Source: Tubulanus polymorphus
Taxonomy: Eukaryota > Animalia > Nemertea
DNA length: 64,000 bases
Direction of reading: 5' to 3'
Assembly: GCF_964204645.1 (NCBI RefSeq)
Contig: NC_134031.1
Span: forward strand, 7,812,001-7,876,000
Under the pieces are notes generated by a model. That model saw only the letters and a list, made by a program, of their open reading frames with translations, made no database searches and was not told the origin of the DNA. The translations under genes and the position numbers were made by a program. Shown piece after piece: positions 1-12,100 of this stretch; within the stretch, counting starts at the first letter, position 1; every line of letters begins with the position of its first letter.

Positions 1-125
1 TTGGTAGTAAATTAAGCATGCGGAATCCTGGCATGTATGATAATAACCCCTTTCTAACATCAAAAGGTATTTTCTAATGTTGGTTCCTTCATTGCAAGTG
101 AATCTTTATAAAAAGTAAATCTCAC

Positions 126-3100
126 CAGTTTTTTTGTGGCACCATCATCAGAATTATTGTTTGCCTTTGTTGGTTCTGATTTTCCAGATGGCGCCGGATT
201 TGCGGCGGCAGTATCAGACATCGTTGGGGTGTCGAGAGATGGCAAATCGACAAAGCTACGTCGAGCTTTCACACCAAACGTCGATCTCAAAATACGCTCC
301 AACTCGGCTCTTTGAATCGATCCGAGAAGAATCATCGACTCTGAAAGACACGAAGACGATCAGAGGTGGTGTAATATGATCTGAACTCTGATCAAGTTTA
401 CCGATAAACTTACTAGGACTATCGACGAAAGGAAATCCACGATAACGATAGTTCGATAATAGATCTTTTATTTCCTGATACGTCGACTGGAAGCTGACAA
501 ACTTTATACTCTTAACCATGATGTCTTCAACAAACACTAAATGAGCCCTGAAGTACAGAAAACATCATTCACTCTGTACATAGCATCGCAAACACATATT
601 TAGGGATCAAGGGAGACCACGCCCACTTGGGAAGTTACAAGTTTCAGAATTCAGGCCAAAATCAATTTAGATACAAAAAGAGTTACAGAACAGCCATCTT
701 GTGTCCGATTGACTCAATATTTCTGATGCTGATGGGTCCTGCGGGATACAAACATACGTAAAAGATCAAGATAATTGATTGAAGCATCTTCAAAATTTCT
801 GATTTTGATGAACAACAATGGTTGCCAGTCAGCCATCTTGATTCTGGCTGGGCCAGATTATGGGCTGCAGATGTGTCTAGGATGGATACAGGTACGGTCA
901 ACGTCCCTTGGGACTGTGGTTTTTTCTAAGAATTAGACATTATACAGATTATACGTACGGATGGATGGACGCAAAATGAATCCAATAGCCTGCTGGGAAT
1001 AAAATAATTAAATGACCAGGTAAACTGTAAGATATTATTGAAACTGAGGGACCAGGCACCAGATGACAATTTGAAATTCAACGCCCCATGGCGAACATAT
1101 ACAAAAAATAATGACCTTGAAACTGCAGTACTCCAAGTCCCAAATGGATAACGAAACACTAAAATATCAGGTCATATTTAGCTAAGTTAAGATCATTGAC
1201 GAGAGAAACTATTGGCCATCATCAGTATGCCAGATGATGACTAATAGTATTTAGCCGAAACGTTGCTCGAAATATATACCATATTGATATATAGTATAGA
1301 ACTTTTCTTTTTTGGCTGAATCTATTGTGGGATTTTTTTCACTATTCATCTTACAAGGGATATTGTGTATCTTCTCGACCCATAAGATCATTAACCTGGC
1401 TCACAAATTGACACAAGGGCTAGAATTCAAGCCCATTTTTGAATCAAGTAAGGATTATATGAGAATAGGTTCTGATTCTCAACTTACATGTTTTGTTGAC
1501 CTCTAGTTGTAATATCTGGCAGAAATGGCAGACGCTTTATTTGTATAATGCTGTCATATATTGATGGCATAAGAGCTGTCGCAATTGCATTCGATATCAA
1601 TACTGCTATCTATATATGGAAGAAACAGCTTTTATTCCCGTTCTTTGACGTCAGAGCTGCAAACTTAAAGATTCTTACCAGGGCATTCATTAGTTAGGGA
1701 AAGAATGCATTTGGCAGGGACGGTCACATATTACAATTATGTCAGGAACTCTAAGACAGATAGCAACAAATAAACTTTTTCTAAGCCAGAAATTTTTCAT
1801 TTCTATCCATCATCTAAGTCGAGTCCCTCCCATGTAAAACCAACACAAGCAATTGCCTTATCAACTGTAAGTAGCACAATTAATTTGTTTTGAATGATTA
1901 TGTAAGCGCATCAAACGTAGGTGCAAGTCAGATTTCCCATGTGACCCTTTAAGTAGGTCTACAAACAGTGAATTGGTCGAGGTCATAATCGGGATGGTTA
2001 GCAGCTCTGCAATGTCATATGAATTCTTATACATTCTATATACAATTGACTTACTACTGTTGGTAAAATGTGCCCGATCTGGCCAGTCATCTCAAAAGCA
2101 ATAACTGCAGTTGATATTGTATGTGTTGCACTCCCTGCCAATGCAGCAGCACCTGAATTTGAAGAGACATGATTAAAAAATTAGGGTGAAAGTCATATCG
2201 ATGCAAGTGTGTTCATCAGATGCTTACCAACAACAGCGTATCCTCCAGGTACTATAGGAGTCAAATGACCATCTTCAGAATTAAGGCCATTAGGGAACCA
2301 TGTAGCCATACATTCTCCAACCAATCGACCGAATGCAGCCCCTACAGTAGACAAATGTTTTCCCTTTTAAACTCGCTTTTCAACAAAACTGGTTCAATGA
2401 CAGAAAAATCAAAGTTTACTCCCATGAAACCTGAAACACCTGATGAATTGTGGTGATTTTGAGCTAACAAAGCAGGTAGTGATGGAAAGCTGTCTTGATT
2501 CTAATCGGACCATGATTTAGAATGCAAATTTTGTGATTATAGTAGAAGTATTTGCGTACCAAAGAAGCAATCCCAATCAATATCAGGAAAATCCCAGAAA
2601 GCAGAATCTTTTGGTTCGACATAGTGATTGTGCACAGCAACTACAGTACATTTACAGTCAACTATGGCCAGTGTTCTCCATTAGGGGATTTTAAGGGGCG
2701 GCCCGCCCCTTTTATTTTCATGTCCGCCCCTGTAAAAATCATCCACCCTATGAAAGATTAGCCGCCCCTGTAGCCGACATAGTATGAAAATCCGTCACTA
2801 ACGATCTTCGATCAGATAGCATTAAACATTACCAGTATGTCAATAATTGTATAAATAATGAGTCAGACATACGCTTCATGCCATAAAAACTTATTACATA
2901 TGTCTATAATTGTAGAAACGGCTCATGCACGGAGCCACGCGGCGCTGCTCAGGTAGGCCTATAAATATCCTGGGATTTCCCGCCATGTTAAAAATTCAAA
3001 AAATCAAAGCGCGCAAAGGTCACGACGAGTTAAACACTGCTGCACTCAGCCGCTGAATTAATGAAAGCAGTGGCCTCAATTTTCAAGTCTCAATGCCTGT

Positions 3101-6100
3101 AGAAAAACGTTTTTTATGATTACCAAAATATTTTTCAAACATAAGTTACCAAATAGAAATAAATAAATGTTTGCTGAGCTTTATTGACAAATCTTGTTAT
3201 ATTCATGGAAGAAAATCGAACTATTTCATGCACGTAGGACTACCAATCTCCATCAGAAAAGTGCTTCAAGCAACCTGCCGACGAACGGTTTCTAGCCAAA
3301 GGCTATAAAAATTACTTAACCCTTACAATACACTACCGTATGGCATACGGTACAAATTGATACGGTATCCCTTAACCCTTCTTCTAGAAGGGCATATCTA
3401 TCAATATCAGCCGGTGCTGCCATCTGCATAAAATTCAAGATGGCAACAGCCAGAAAAACGGTCTGGGGGCCCTCCCCCAGAAAAATTAGAAAATTATTTG
3501 AAATTAGAACGCCAGGAGATGCGTTCTGGCGCAATACGCGTTATAGGCCTCACTTTCATTACCGGAAGTGTGTATCAATTTTCATGTCTGTCAATTACAA
3601 TCCAATGAAAATCTGTCGCTTCAAACTTTCAGTAAGCATTTTCTCAAAGGTTATACACTCACTAACTCCAAGATATGTCAATAACAACAATGTGTATAGA
3701 TCATTTTTTCAAATAGCGATTGGTTCCGTCAAATATACCTCATATATAAACCAGAGCCAAAAACAAACGAAGCGTCAGTCGATTTCGATCGTCGCGTCAT
3801 CTTGGTTTAATCGTGTACTGCGGGGTTGTTGCCACTACGTGGCAGCACAATACGGCTTTTTCGAACCCTCTACGGAGCCGTTACGTTTTGATGTTTAGGG
3901 TCGAATCCCGAATTGATTTTATTTTTTTCGCGATGTTTTTTTTTTGTGGTTATTTGACTTCTCCCGAAAATCCGGAAATGAAATTGGATTTTTTTAAAAT
4001 CCGGAATTCCGGAGAAATCCGGAGAAGTGGCAACTCTGCAGTGATGCTGGTGACTTGGAATTTGGTAGTGAATAAATTGAGAGTGACAACGAAAATGACA
4101 GCAGCAGTTCAGATGATGAGACTTGGTCAAAAAATAGGTTTATAGTGCCAGCAATGATTTTGATGATGAAAATGAAATCAGTGACAATTTTTTTAGACCC
4201 TGTTGATACGGTTGTCATGGCAATGGAGACCAATAACAATAATGAAGAACCAGAAACTGTCCATCCCTATGGTCACATATATCCACATAATTTGTCGTAT
4301 TTGTAAGCCCAATGGTTATCAACACCATGGTATACAATGTATCAGTGTCAAATACATAGGTAACAATTTTCTGAGGTCTGAAATTATACCCCAATGAAAC
4401 CCCTTATATCCGGCCTTCCGACATATCGGGGTGGAGAAGTTGGTAAATGAGTGGAAAAATACATTTTTTAGTAGTTCTATTCCTTTGAAATTTTTACATG
4501 AAGTAAGGATATATGGCATACAATTTCAGTTGGAATTGAATAGATCAGTGCTTTTTTCTGGGAGACAGAGCAGTTTATCTGAAACTTTTTCGTGGCGGCC
4601 ATCTTGGAGTATGTGACCTTGACCTCAAGTTCACTTATATCCAAATAATTTATGTCTACATTGTTGGCCCAAAAGTTATCAACAACATACTATATAAATT
4701 TAGATACCTTGGTAACTATTCTATGAAGTTTCAAATATACCCCTATAAACCCCTAAATTCCCTTCGGTACAGCAGCGGAGACACAATGTGGTATTGATAG
4801 GGTTAAACTAGTTTATTATGACCCAAAATGCTGGGAAAACGCGTCTTAGCACCTACAAATAGAAAATATTTCTGGGGGAAGGGCCCAGGACCCCCTTTCC
4901 CGATAAGTGCTTGCGCCTTTGGCACTCGTTCTCTGAGTACATACCGCCCCCACAAATTTTTTTTCTATGGAGAACACTGTATGGCTTAAGTCTGCAGGCA
5001 TTTTGGTTTCAAATGTGAGTACATACTTGTTGTAAGTGTAATAGCTAGATGTACAGAGATGAAATACTTACCAATGGCAAATACAGGGATAAACACTCCA
5101 GCTGGTACAGGTAATGTATTGGCTAACGCCCCAAAGAAAAACTAAAACAAGAAAACGCATTCCATTATGAGCCACATAATTTGACAGTTCTCCAATTCAG
5201 AAACGTCACAAATTCTTAAAAGACCCAAAAACACGATCAACTTACATGGAACAATGAAAATGCAGCTAATGTAATGTAAATATTACTACCAGGAGGCTTC
5301 CACTTGTCTAATATTTCTTCCTGGGCCACATTTTCGACTTGATTTGCTGACCATGTAAAATTGCTGAACAAATGTTCCAGAGCTTTGTGATATGTGAGCT
5401 GAAAAAAGTAATTCAATTTTCGAGGCTCATCGTTGAAATCATACAGCACCAAATACATAGTACTTATTACACAAGCATTTTTGACCTGGGCCAAATCTGG
5501 CAGATGCTAGACAAGGCCTAAGTAGATATAGAACAGGCGCGGATCCAGGGTCATTTTGTGACTGTCTCACAACATGATAAATCCTGTAGTACCCGCAAAC
5601 CAAAGCGCGCAGGTTTGGCTCAATTTACGGCTGCCAATTAAAAAGCAGTGACGAACAGGGGGAGAGCGCAAAAATTTTTGCTAAGTTCCGCTTCTGAAGA
5701 CGCGTTCAAATCATTTACATGGTTCCAGGTTAACTGGACCAAATATTTCATCCAAATCACGTGAAAATCTGGATTGAAAAATCCGAATTAAGTGAGTTCT
5801 ACTGTATCACATATCGTAAGATTTGGATTTCTTTCTAATAATGTTGGAATTGCAGGCTGTACTTTGCCTTACCTAAAGCGTTGGGACTGTATACCAGTAC
5901 ATATACAGGGTATATTTCACAAAATTGAGATTCAGAAAACTCAGTGGCATTGGGAATAAATATATGACTGGATATTGAGGAAAGTATCAGGGAAGATTTT
6001 TCTAAATAAATATCAGTACAAGAGCCCCAAGGGGCACTACGGCCAGCCTGTCGGGTTTTCATAAATGGCAAATTGTCAAAATACACCCCCCGGTCAATAT

Positions 6101-9100
6101 AATTTACGTAGTACAATCATGTTTCAAGTAGCACCAGACGGGGAAATGGCAGGAACAAATACCTCAGTTCCTTGGTCTTATTGATTTGAATGCGGAATAC
6201 AATTGAATTGGATTTAATGTAAATATGTTCAATAAAATAAAATTGGATTTGATATTTTTTGCAGAATAAAATTTGATTGAAATTGCAATTCGAAACATAT
6301 GGCTAATTAGCATATCAAGGTGATCATTCCGATTTTAGAAATGCTATTTTTCCCGAACCTTGCATAATTGTCAATGATATTTTCTGCAATGCAAATAAAA
6401 ATATTCCTCCTGAAAAACAAATCAACTTAAGATTTCACAGAAATCGATCCTGAAATACAATTTTAAATCTCAAAATAAAACCAAGAAGTAAAACAGTAAA
6501 TGATACCGCGGTTCACGTGAACACCTGCCGATTTCTACCAATCATTTTGCCTTCTAAATTAGCTTTTCAAAACTGATATTTTTGCGTTCAGATTTTTGCG
6601 AAAAACCTCCTGTAAATTTTCAGCTAGGGGTCCAGGGACACCGTGCCCACTTGGGAAGTGGTTTAAAATTATAAAATAATAATTCATATTTATTCATATA
6701 GGGCATTACAATGAAAATATTTGTCATGTTTAGCCCTTAATGACTTGAATGGACTGTGTATAAGTGTCTCGGTGTCAATTCCTATCCTTCAATGATCTTA
6801 TGATTGAGTGAAAACCTTCGAGTTGGTACGAGTCGGTATGAGTGTTTTGATGTTGAATCCTTATTACAGTAAGAAAATGGTTATGGTGTCGATCTTGTGT
6901 CGGGTTCCTGACCAGGGGGATACAGGATTGTCATGCCATAAGTTCAAGTAAGGAGTAAAATATGGAATCTAAAGCTGCAAGACTATAGTGGCTTAAGTTA
7001 CACAATTACTCAATGGCCTCAATAAAGACAGCCTATGTATATCGTAATCAATTGACTGGAGTCACTAATTCATCAGTTTGACTTACCTCACCACCTGTGA
7101 ACTTTCCAACTCCAATTGGACAACTAAGGGATGATATGACCAGAGTCACAAAAGCTGGATACATAAAACGACTATGGAGAATAAAGAACAAATTTATATC
7201 GTATTTGGTTTCCAAGTTACTGCCTATAAATCAGTTGAAGAAAAACAGACACTTTGAAGAAAGATGTGAGCATTCAAGTATCGTTTAAAATCAATTCTCA
7301 TAGAATTGATTTGAAACGTCACTACTAATAGCTTCCCTCGAGATTTTTCTTCAATTTATGGTCTTAGTTTAAGAGTTGCAAATTTTCACAATATTTTCAT
7401 TTACTCAAGGTTAACCAGATATGTAACCACCGTCTATTAGGGAATGAAAGATATATTTCTTACTTTTTCTGAAGAAACTTCGACAGTTTCTTTCTCGAAC
7501 GCATGAAAAATACAATATGGCGATGTAACAACACAAACATAGCACCAGCAACACCTGTAACAACCCTACAAAAGATAAATGCCAGTTGCAACACAACTCT
7601 CAACATCAGAATTTATTTGAAATCAAATACGTAGTTTACGTTACCCTATAACGGCAAATGCCACAAGTTCGAGAACGTCAAAAGGCACATCATGACGCAA
7701 ATAGGTTTTAAATACGGCTGAGACAGTTACTGAAATTTCAATACACATAGAAATTTGATTTCAATTTGACGATGATTAATGAACCGAACAAAAGTAAATC
7801 CAAAAGATGTTTTGGAAGAATTGATAAATGGGACATTTCTATGGAAATTACAATTTTTGGAACTAAAATTTGTATTTCCGAGTAGTACTTACCCTTTCCT
7901 ATGGTTTTTGCCAATATTTTCTAAATTTGGATTGATCGCCAATGGTTTTTCTATACGACCCGGCCCTGCGGTATTGCATTTAGCCACCGGCGAAATCCGC
8001 CATCTTTTTACGTCATAGCAGACCAACAAAAAAACAGCTATGCGGGGCAGGTGGGCAGGATTCCCACCATAGGAAAGGGTAAGTACTAATCGGAAATACA
8101 AATTTTAGTTCCAAAAATTGTAATATTTCCGTCGAGTACTGTACCCTTTCCTATGGTTTTTGCTAGACTAGTCTAGCACAAGGATGGTGGGAAAGGTAGA
8201 TAGAAAAACCACCGCTCAAACGCAAGGTAAGAGGGAAAAAGAGAGCACTTACCCAAGCACGGAATGGAGCACTGTAGCACAGGGAAGACCGGTTGGCCAC
8301 AGTGAGTCCGTCCAGCTCAGGGGCCCCCCCAGAATTTTGCGAAATTAATACTTGCAGATATGAGCCCAAACTATGTACAAGGATACACCCCCTGTGATCC
8401 TGATAATGCAACATAAATATTCTACACTAAAGGGTCCGATCGAAAAGAACGGACACCTTGAGCCATGACAACAGGACCAAGTGAAGCTAATGAGCCTAAC
8501 TGGCCTGAAACATCCCGTAAATAAAATGACGTGAATGTCGACGGTGAATTCCAAAAGGCGGCCCGACAGACTTCCTCCAACGGAGCACCCGAAAAGGCTG
8601 CGCAGGAAGTAGCCATAGACCTCACTTGATGAGAAACCACTCCCTCCGAGGAAAGATTCTCCTGCAATAAGATGTCCTTGATTAGTGAAGAGACCCATCG
8701 GGCCACTGTGTCCCGCGAAATATCCCCCTTTAGGTGATCCAGTAGCGGAATAAATAACCGCTCCCGTGAACCCCTCCGTGAAGCAGAGCGATCTAAATAG
8801 AAACACAACACCCGCACAGGACATAAAGTCCTGTCCGGGATGCCCGGTTCCACTCGATGTTTTAGGGCTTCAATTCGCCATTGACACCCAACCGAGCCTG
8901 GTCGTTGGTTCTTTGCCAAAAATTCCAAAGCAGGCCGCAGCGAAACAAATTCCTTCGCTGGCCCAAAGACAATATGACCTTGTTGGACTGAAAGCGCATG
9001 AATCTCAGAGCGACGGGCCGAGCAAGCCAAGAACAGCAAAAATACAGTCTTTTTTGACAAATTTGCAAATGACGCTGCCGAAAGAGGTTCAAATGGAGCC

Positions 9101-12100
9101 TCCATTAACTTCTTCAAAATTACAGACAGATCCCATGGTGGAACTGTCCTTGTTACCCGAGGCCGGGAAATAGAAAACCCTGCAACCAGCTGGGATATCC
9201 GATGATCCCCTGCTACATTTGGCCATCCAGAAGCACGCAATGTATGAGAAATCGCGGAGCGGTAACCTTTAATAGTTATGACCTGCAAACCTTTTACTAC
9301 AAATAGGTGCAGTAAAAAATCTGCCAATTGAGCTACAGAGGGTGAGCATGGATCAATTTCCCCTGCAGCACACCAATCCGCAAAATGACTCCATTTGGCA
9401 TCGTAAACGGTACTTGTTGATGGCCGCTTAGATCCCGCGATAAAGGAGGCAGCCTGTTCTGAAAAGCCTGAAGCTGACAAGGATCGCTGGACAATGGCCA
9501 GGCGAGCAGATTTAACCACTGGCTGTTTGGATGATGCCGAAAGTTCCCCCGAGACAGAAGCGATGGGAAATTCGGAGGAATCCTGGGGTTGTCGCACAGC
9601 AGGTTGAGAAGTGGTAGGAACCATTTCTGAGCCGGCCAACATGGTGCTACCAGAACTATGTTGCAATTGACTGATCTCTCTATTTGATCCAGTAAGCGCG
9701 GCAGGACTGGTGTGGGCGGGAACGCATACGCATGCATCCCCGACCAGTCCAGAGAGAAGGCATCGACCCCCCACGCTTCCGCGTCTGGAAACGGGGACAC
9801 AAACAGAGGACACCTCCGATTGCACCGGGTGGCAAACAGATCCAGCAGCGGATTGCCAAAAATGCCCCGAACCCGATCGGCTACTTCTTGGTGGAGAACC
9901 CATTCTGTCGCAATAGCCTGACCTCGACGAGACAGAGCATCGGCCATCACGTTCCTTTTCCCTGCTAAATGTGCCACAGTCAGGGACACGCCCTTTGTCT
10001 GGCACCAAAGAAGAATTTTGGCCGACAGACCTGTGAGGGTTTCTGAGTGAGTGCCCCCTTGGTTCTGAAGGTAAGCCCTCACTGTTGAATTGTCTGTGGC
10101 TAACTAAACGTGGTGGCCCTCCACTCTCCTGTGAAAGAACTTCAGGGCCTTCCACACGGCCAGCATTTCTAGGAAATTTATGTGGTTGGTGGCCTCGTAG
10201 CGAGACCATCTCCCGGCTTTGACTCGGTTCTCCAGATGTGCCCCCCATCCTTGGTGACTGGCATCCGTGAATACACGAACTGGAGCCTCTAACGGGGCTA
10301 GTGACAACCCGAGCCGAAGATTCGTAGTTGCCGCCCACCACTGAAGATCCGGACTTAGATCGGTTGGAGGTACGGGAATCAAGGCCTCCCAGTTGCCCTT
10401 CGACTGAGACCAGAAGCCCTTCCAATATGGTTGCAAGCGCCTGCTTTTGAGGCGGCCTAAGGGCACCACCAGACCCATGGAGCTGATAGAGCCTAGAAGC
10501 CGTGACCAGTAACGAGCTGTTCTCGGGGTTGTGGACACTCCCGCTACAGCTTCTTGAAGTTTGGCTACTCGAACCATAGACGGAAAGACTTTGCCGATTC
10601 GGAGATCGAAGTCCATGCCGAGATAAGTGAACTGTTGGGCTGGCGTCAACTGAGATTTTTCCCTGTTTACGCGGAACCCTAGCTGATGGACTAGGTCCAA
10701 GACTGAGGTCATTGCCTCCCGACATTCCTGAGCCGAATTCGCGACTATTAACCAGTCGTCGAGGTAAACGAACAGTCGAACACCCCTTGACTGAAGTACC
10801 TTCTGAACTGACTTGACCAACTTGGTGAAAACCCACGGGGCCGTACTGAGGCCAAATGGAAGAGACCTGAATTGGAACTGGCGGCCTTTCCACTTTATCC
10901 TGAGAAATCGCCGAGATTTTGGGTGAATTGGAACCTGAAAGTAAGCATCTTTCAGGTCCAATGAAGCCGCCCATTGACCCGGACGGAGCCCTTGAATCAC
11001 GTCCTTGGGCTTGGTCATCCGGAACCTTGGAATGTCTAGGTGCCAATTGAGGGATGACAGACCTATCACTGTCCGTTGACCCCCTGTGGCCTTTGGTACC
11101 ATGAATATTCGAGAAAACCAGCCGGGAGAAGTTTCGTTGCAAACTGGTTCTATCGCTCCCTTCTCTGCCAGTTCCTTGAGAGCCGGAGAGATTAAGGCCT
11201 CCTGACCTGGTTTTGGCCGCATGTCGGGAGGTGACCTCATCAGGCGCGGTCGCCTTAGGAAACGGAGACGGTAGCCACGAGAGACGACCCGGGAGGGCCA
11301 ACCGTCTCCAAAGAGGTCGGACCAGTGGGTTGCTGCCTGCTGCAGACAACCTCCCACTTGTCCCAAGAATTCATTTCGAGTTTTTCCGAAAGGAAGAGCC
11401 CCTTTTTGGAGCCTTCCCCTTGCCTCGATACGAACCGGAACTGTTACGACCGGGCGAGGCTTGACACGATTGTTGAAGTTGCGCGCTAGTTCTCCAACCG
11501 GCATCCGAAGCCGCCTGAGAAAGCGCTGAAGTTTGAGATGGTCCTGTTTGCGTCCGTGCCGAACCTTGCGCCGCCGGCGTCGGACCAGAATGCTTTTTCC
11601 ACGGAGTTCGGGGGTTGGACTTGGCCTGAACCTCCGGAATCTTCCTCAGCTCTGTGGAAACCGGAGCGCACCAACCGGAGAAGAGACGTGAAGACGTCCC
11701 CAATGGGGCTCTCAGCAAAGCATTGGACACCATATCCGGTAGACGAGTTTTGGAACTGGAGTCCATCACTGACTGACGGGAGGCTAACACCAGATTAGCC
11801 TGACCCCAAACCGACAACGGAATTACATGCGAAACAGACCGAGCCAAAGATTGGATAATCCAGTCCATTCCCTCCAGTTTTAGGGCAACTGACTCTGGGT
11901 CGGAGCCCGCATGAACGGCGGCGTGAGTCTCGCGAAGCTCACCCGTCAACAACTTAAGTGCCATATCTTGAAACGAACCAACCCTGGTAAGATTGTCCAG
12001 GATTGACGTCATGGCCACCAAACCGGACTTAGGCAAACGAATACCCGACTGTGCTGTAACAGTATCCGGGCTGATCAAAGTATAATCAGCATCCAGGCAG

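Noticed and set aside
10104-10106. Programmed readthrough of the DIRS pol TAG (likewise the R2 TAA at 52386)
   Set aside because: Both fall mid-domain and are more simply explained as copy-specific nonsense mutations; other copies would be needed to argue otherwise.
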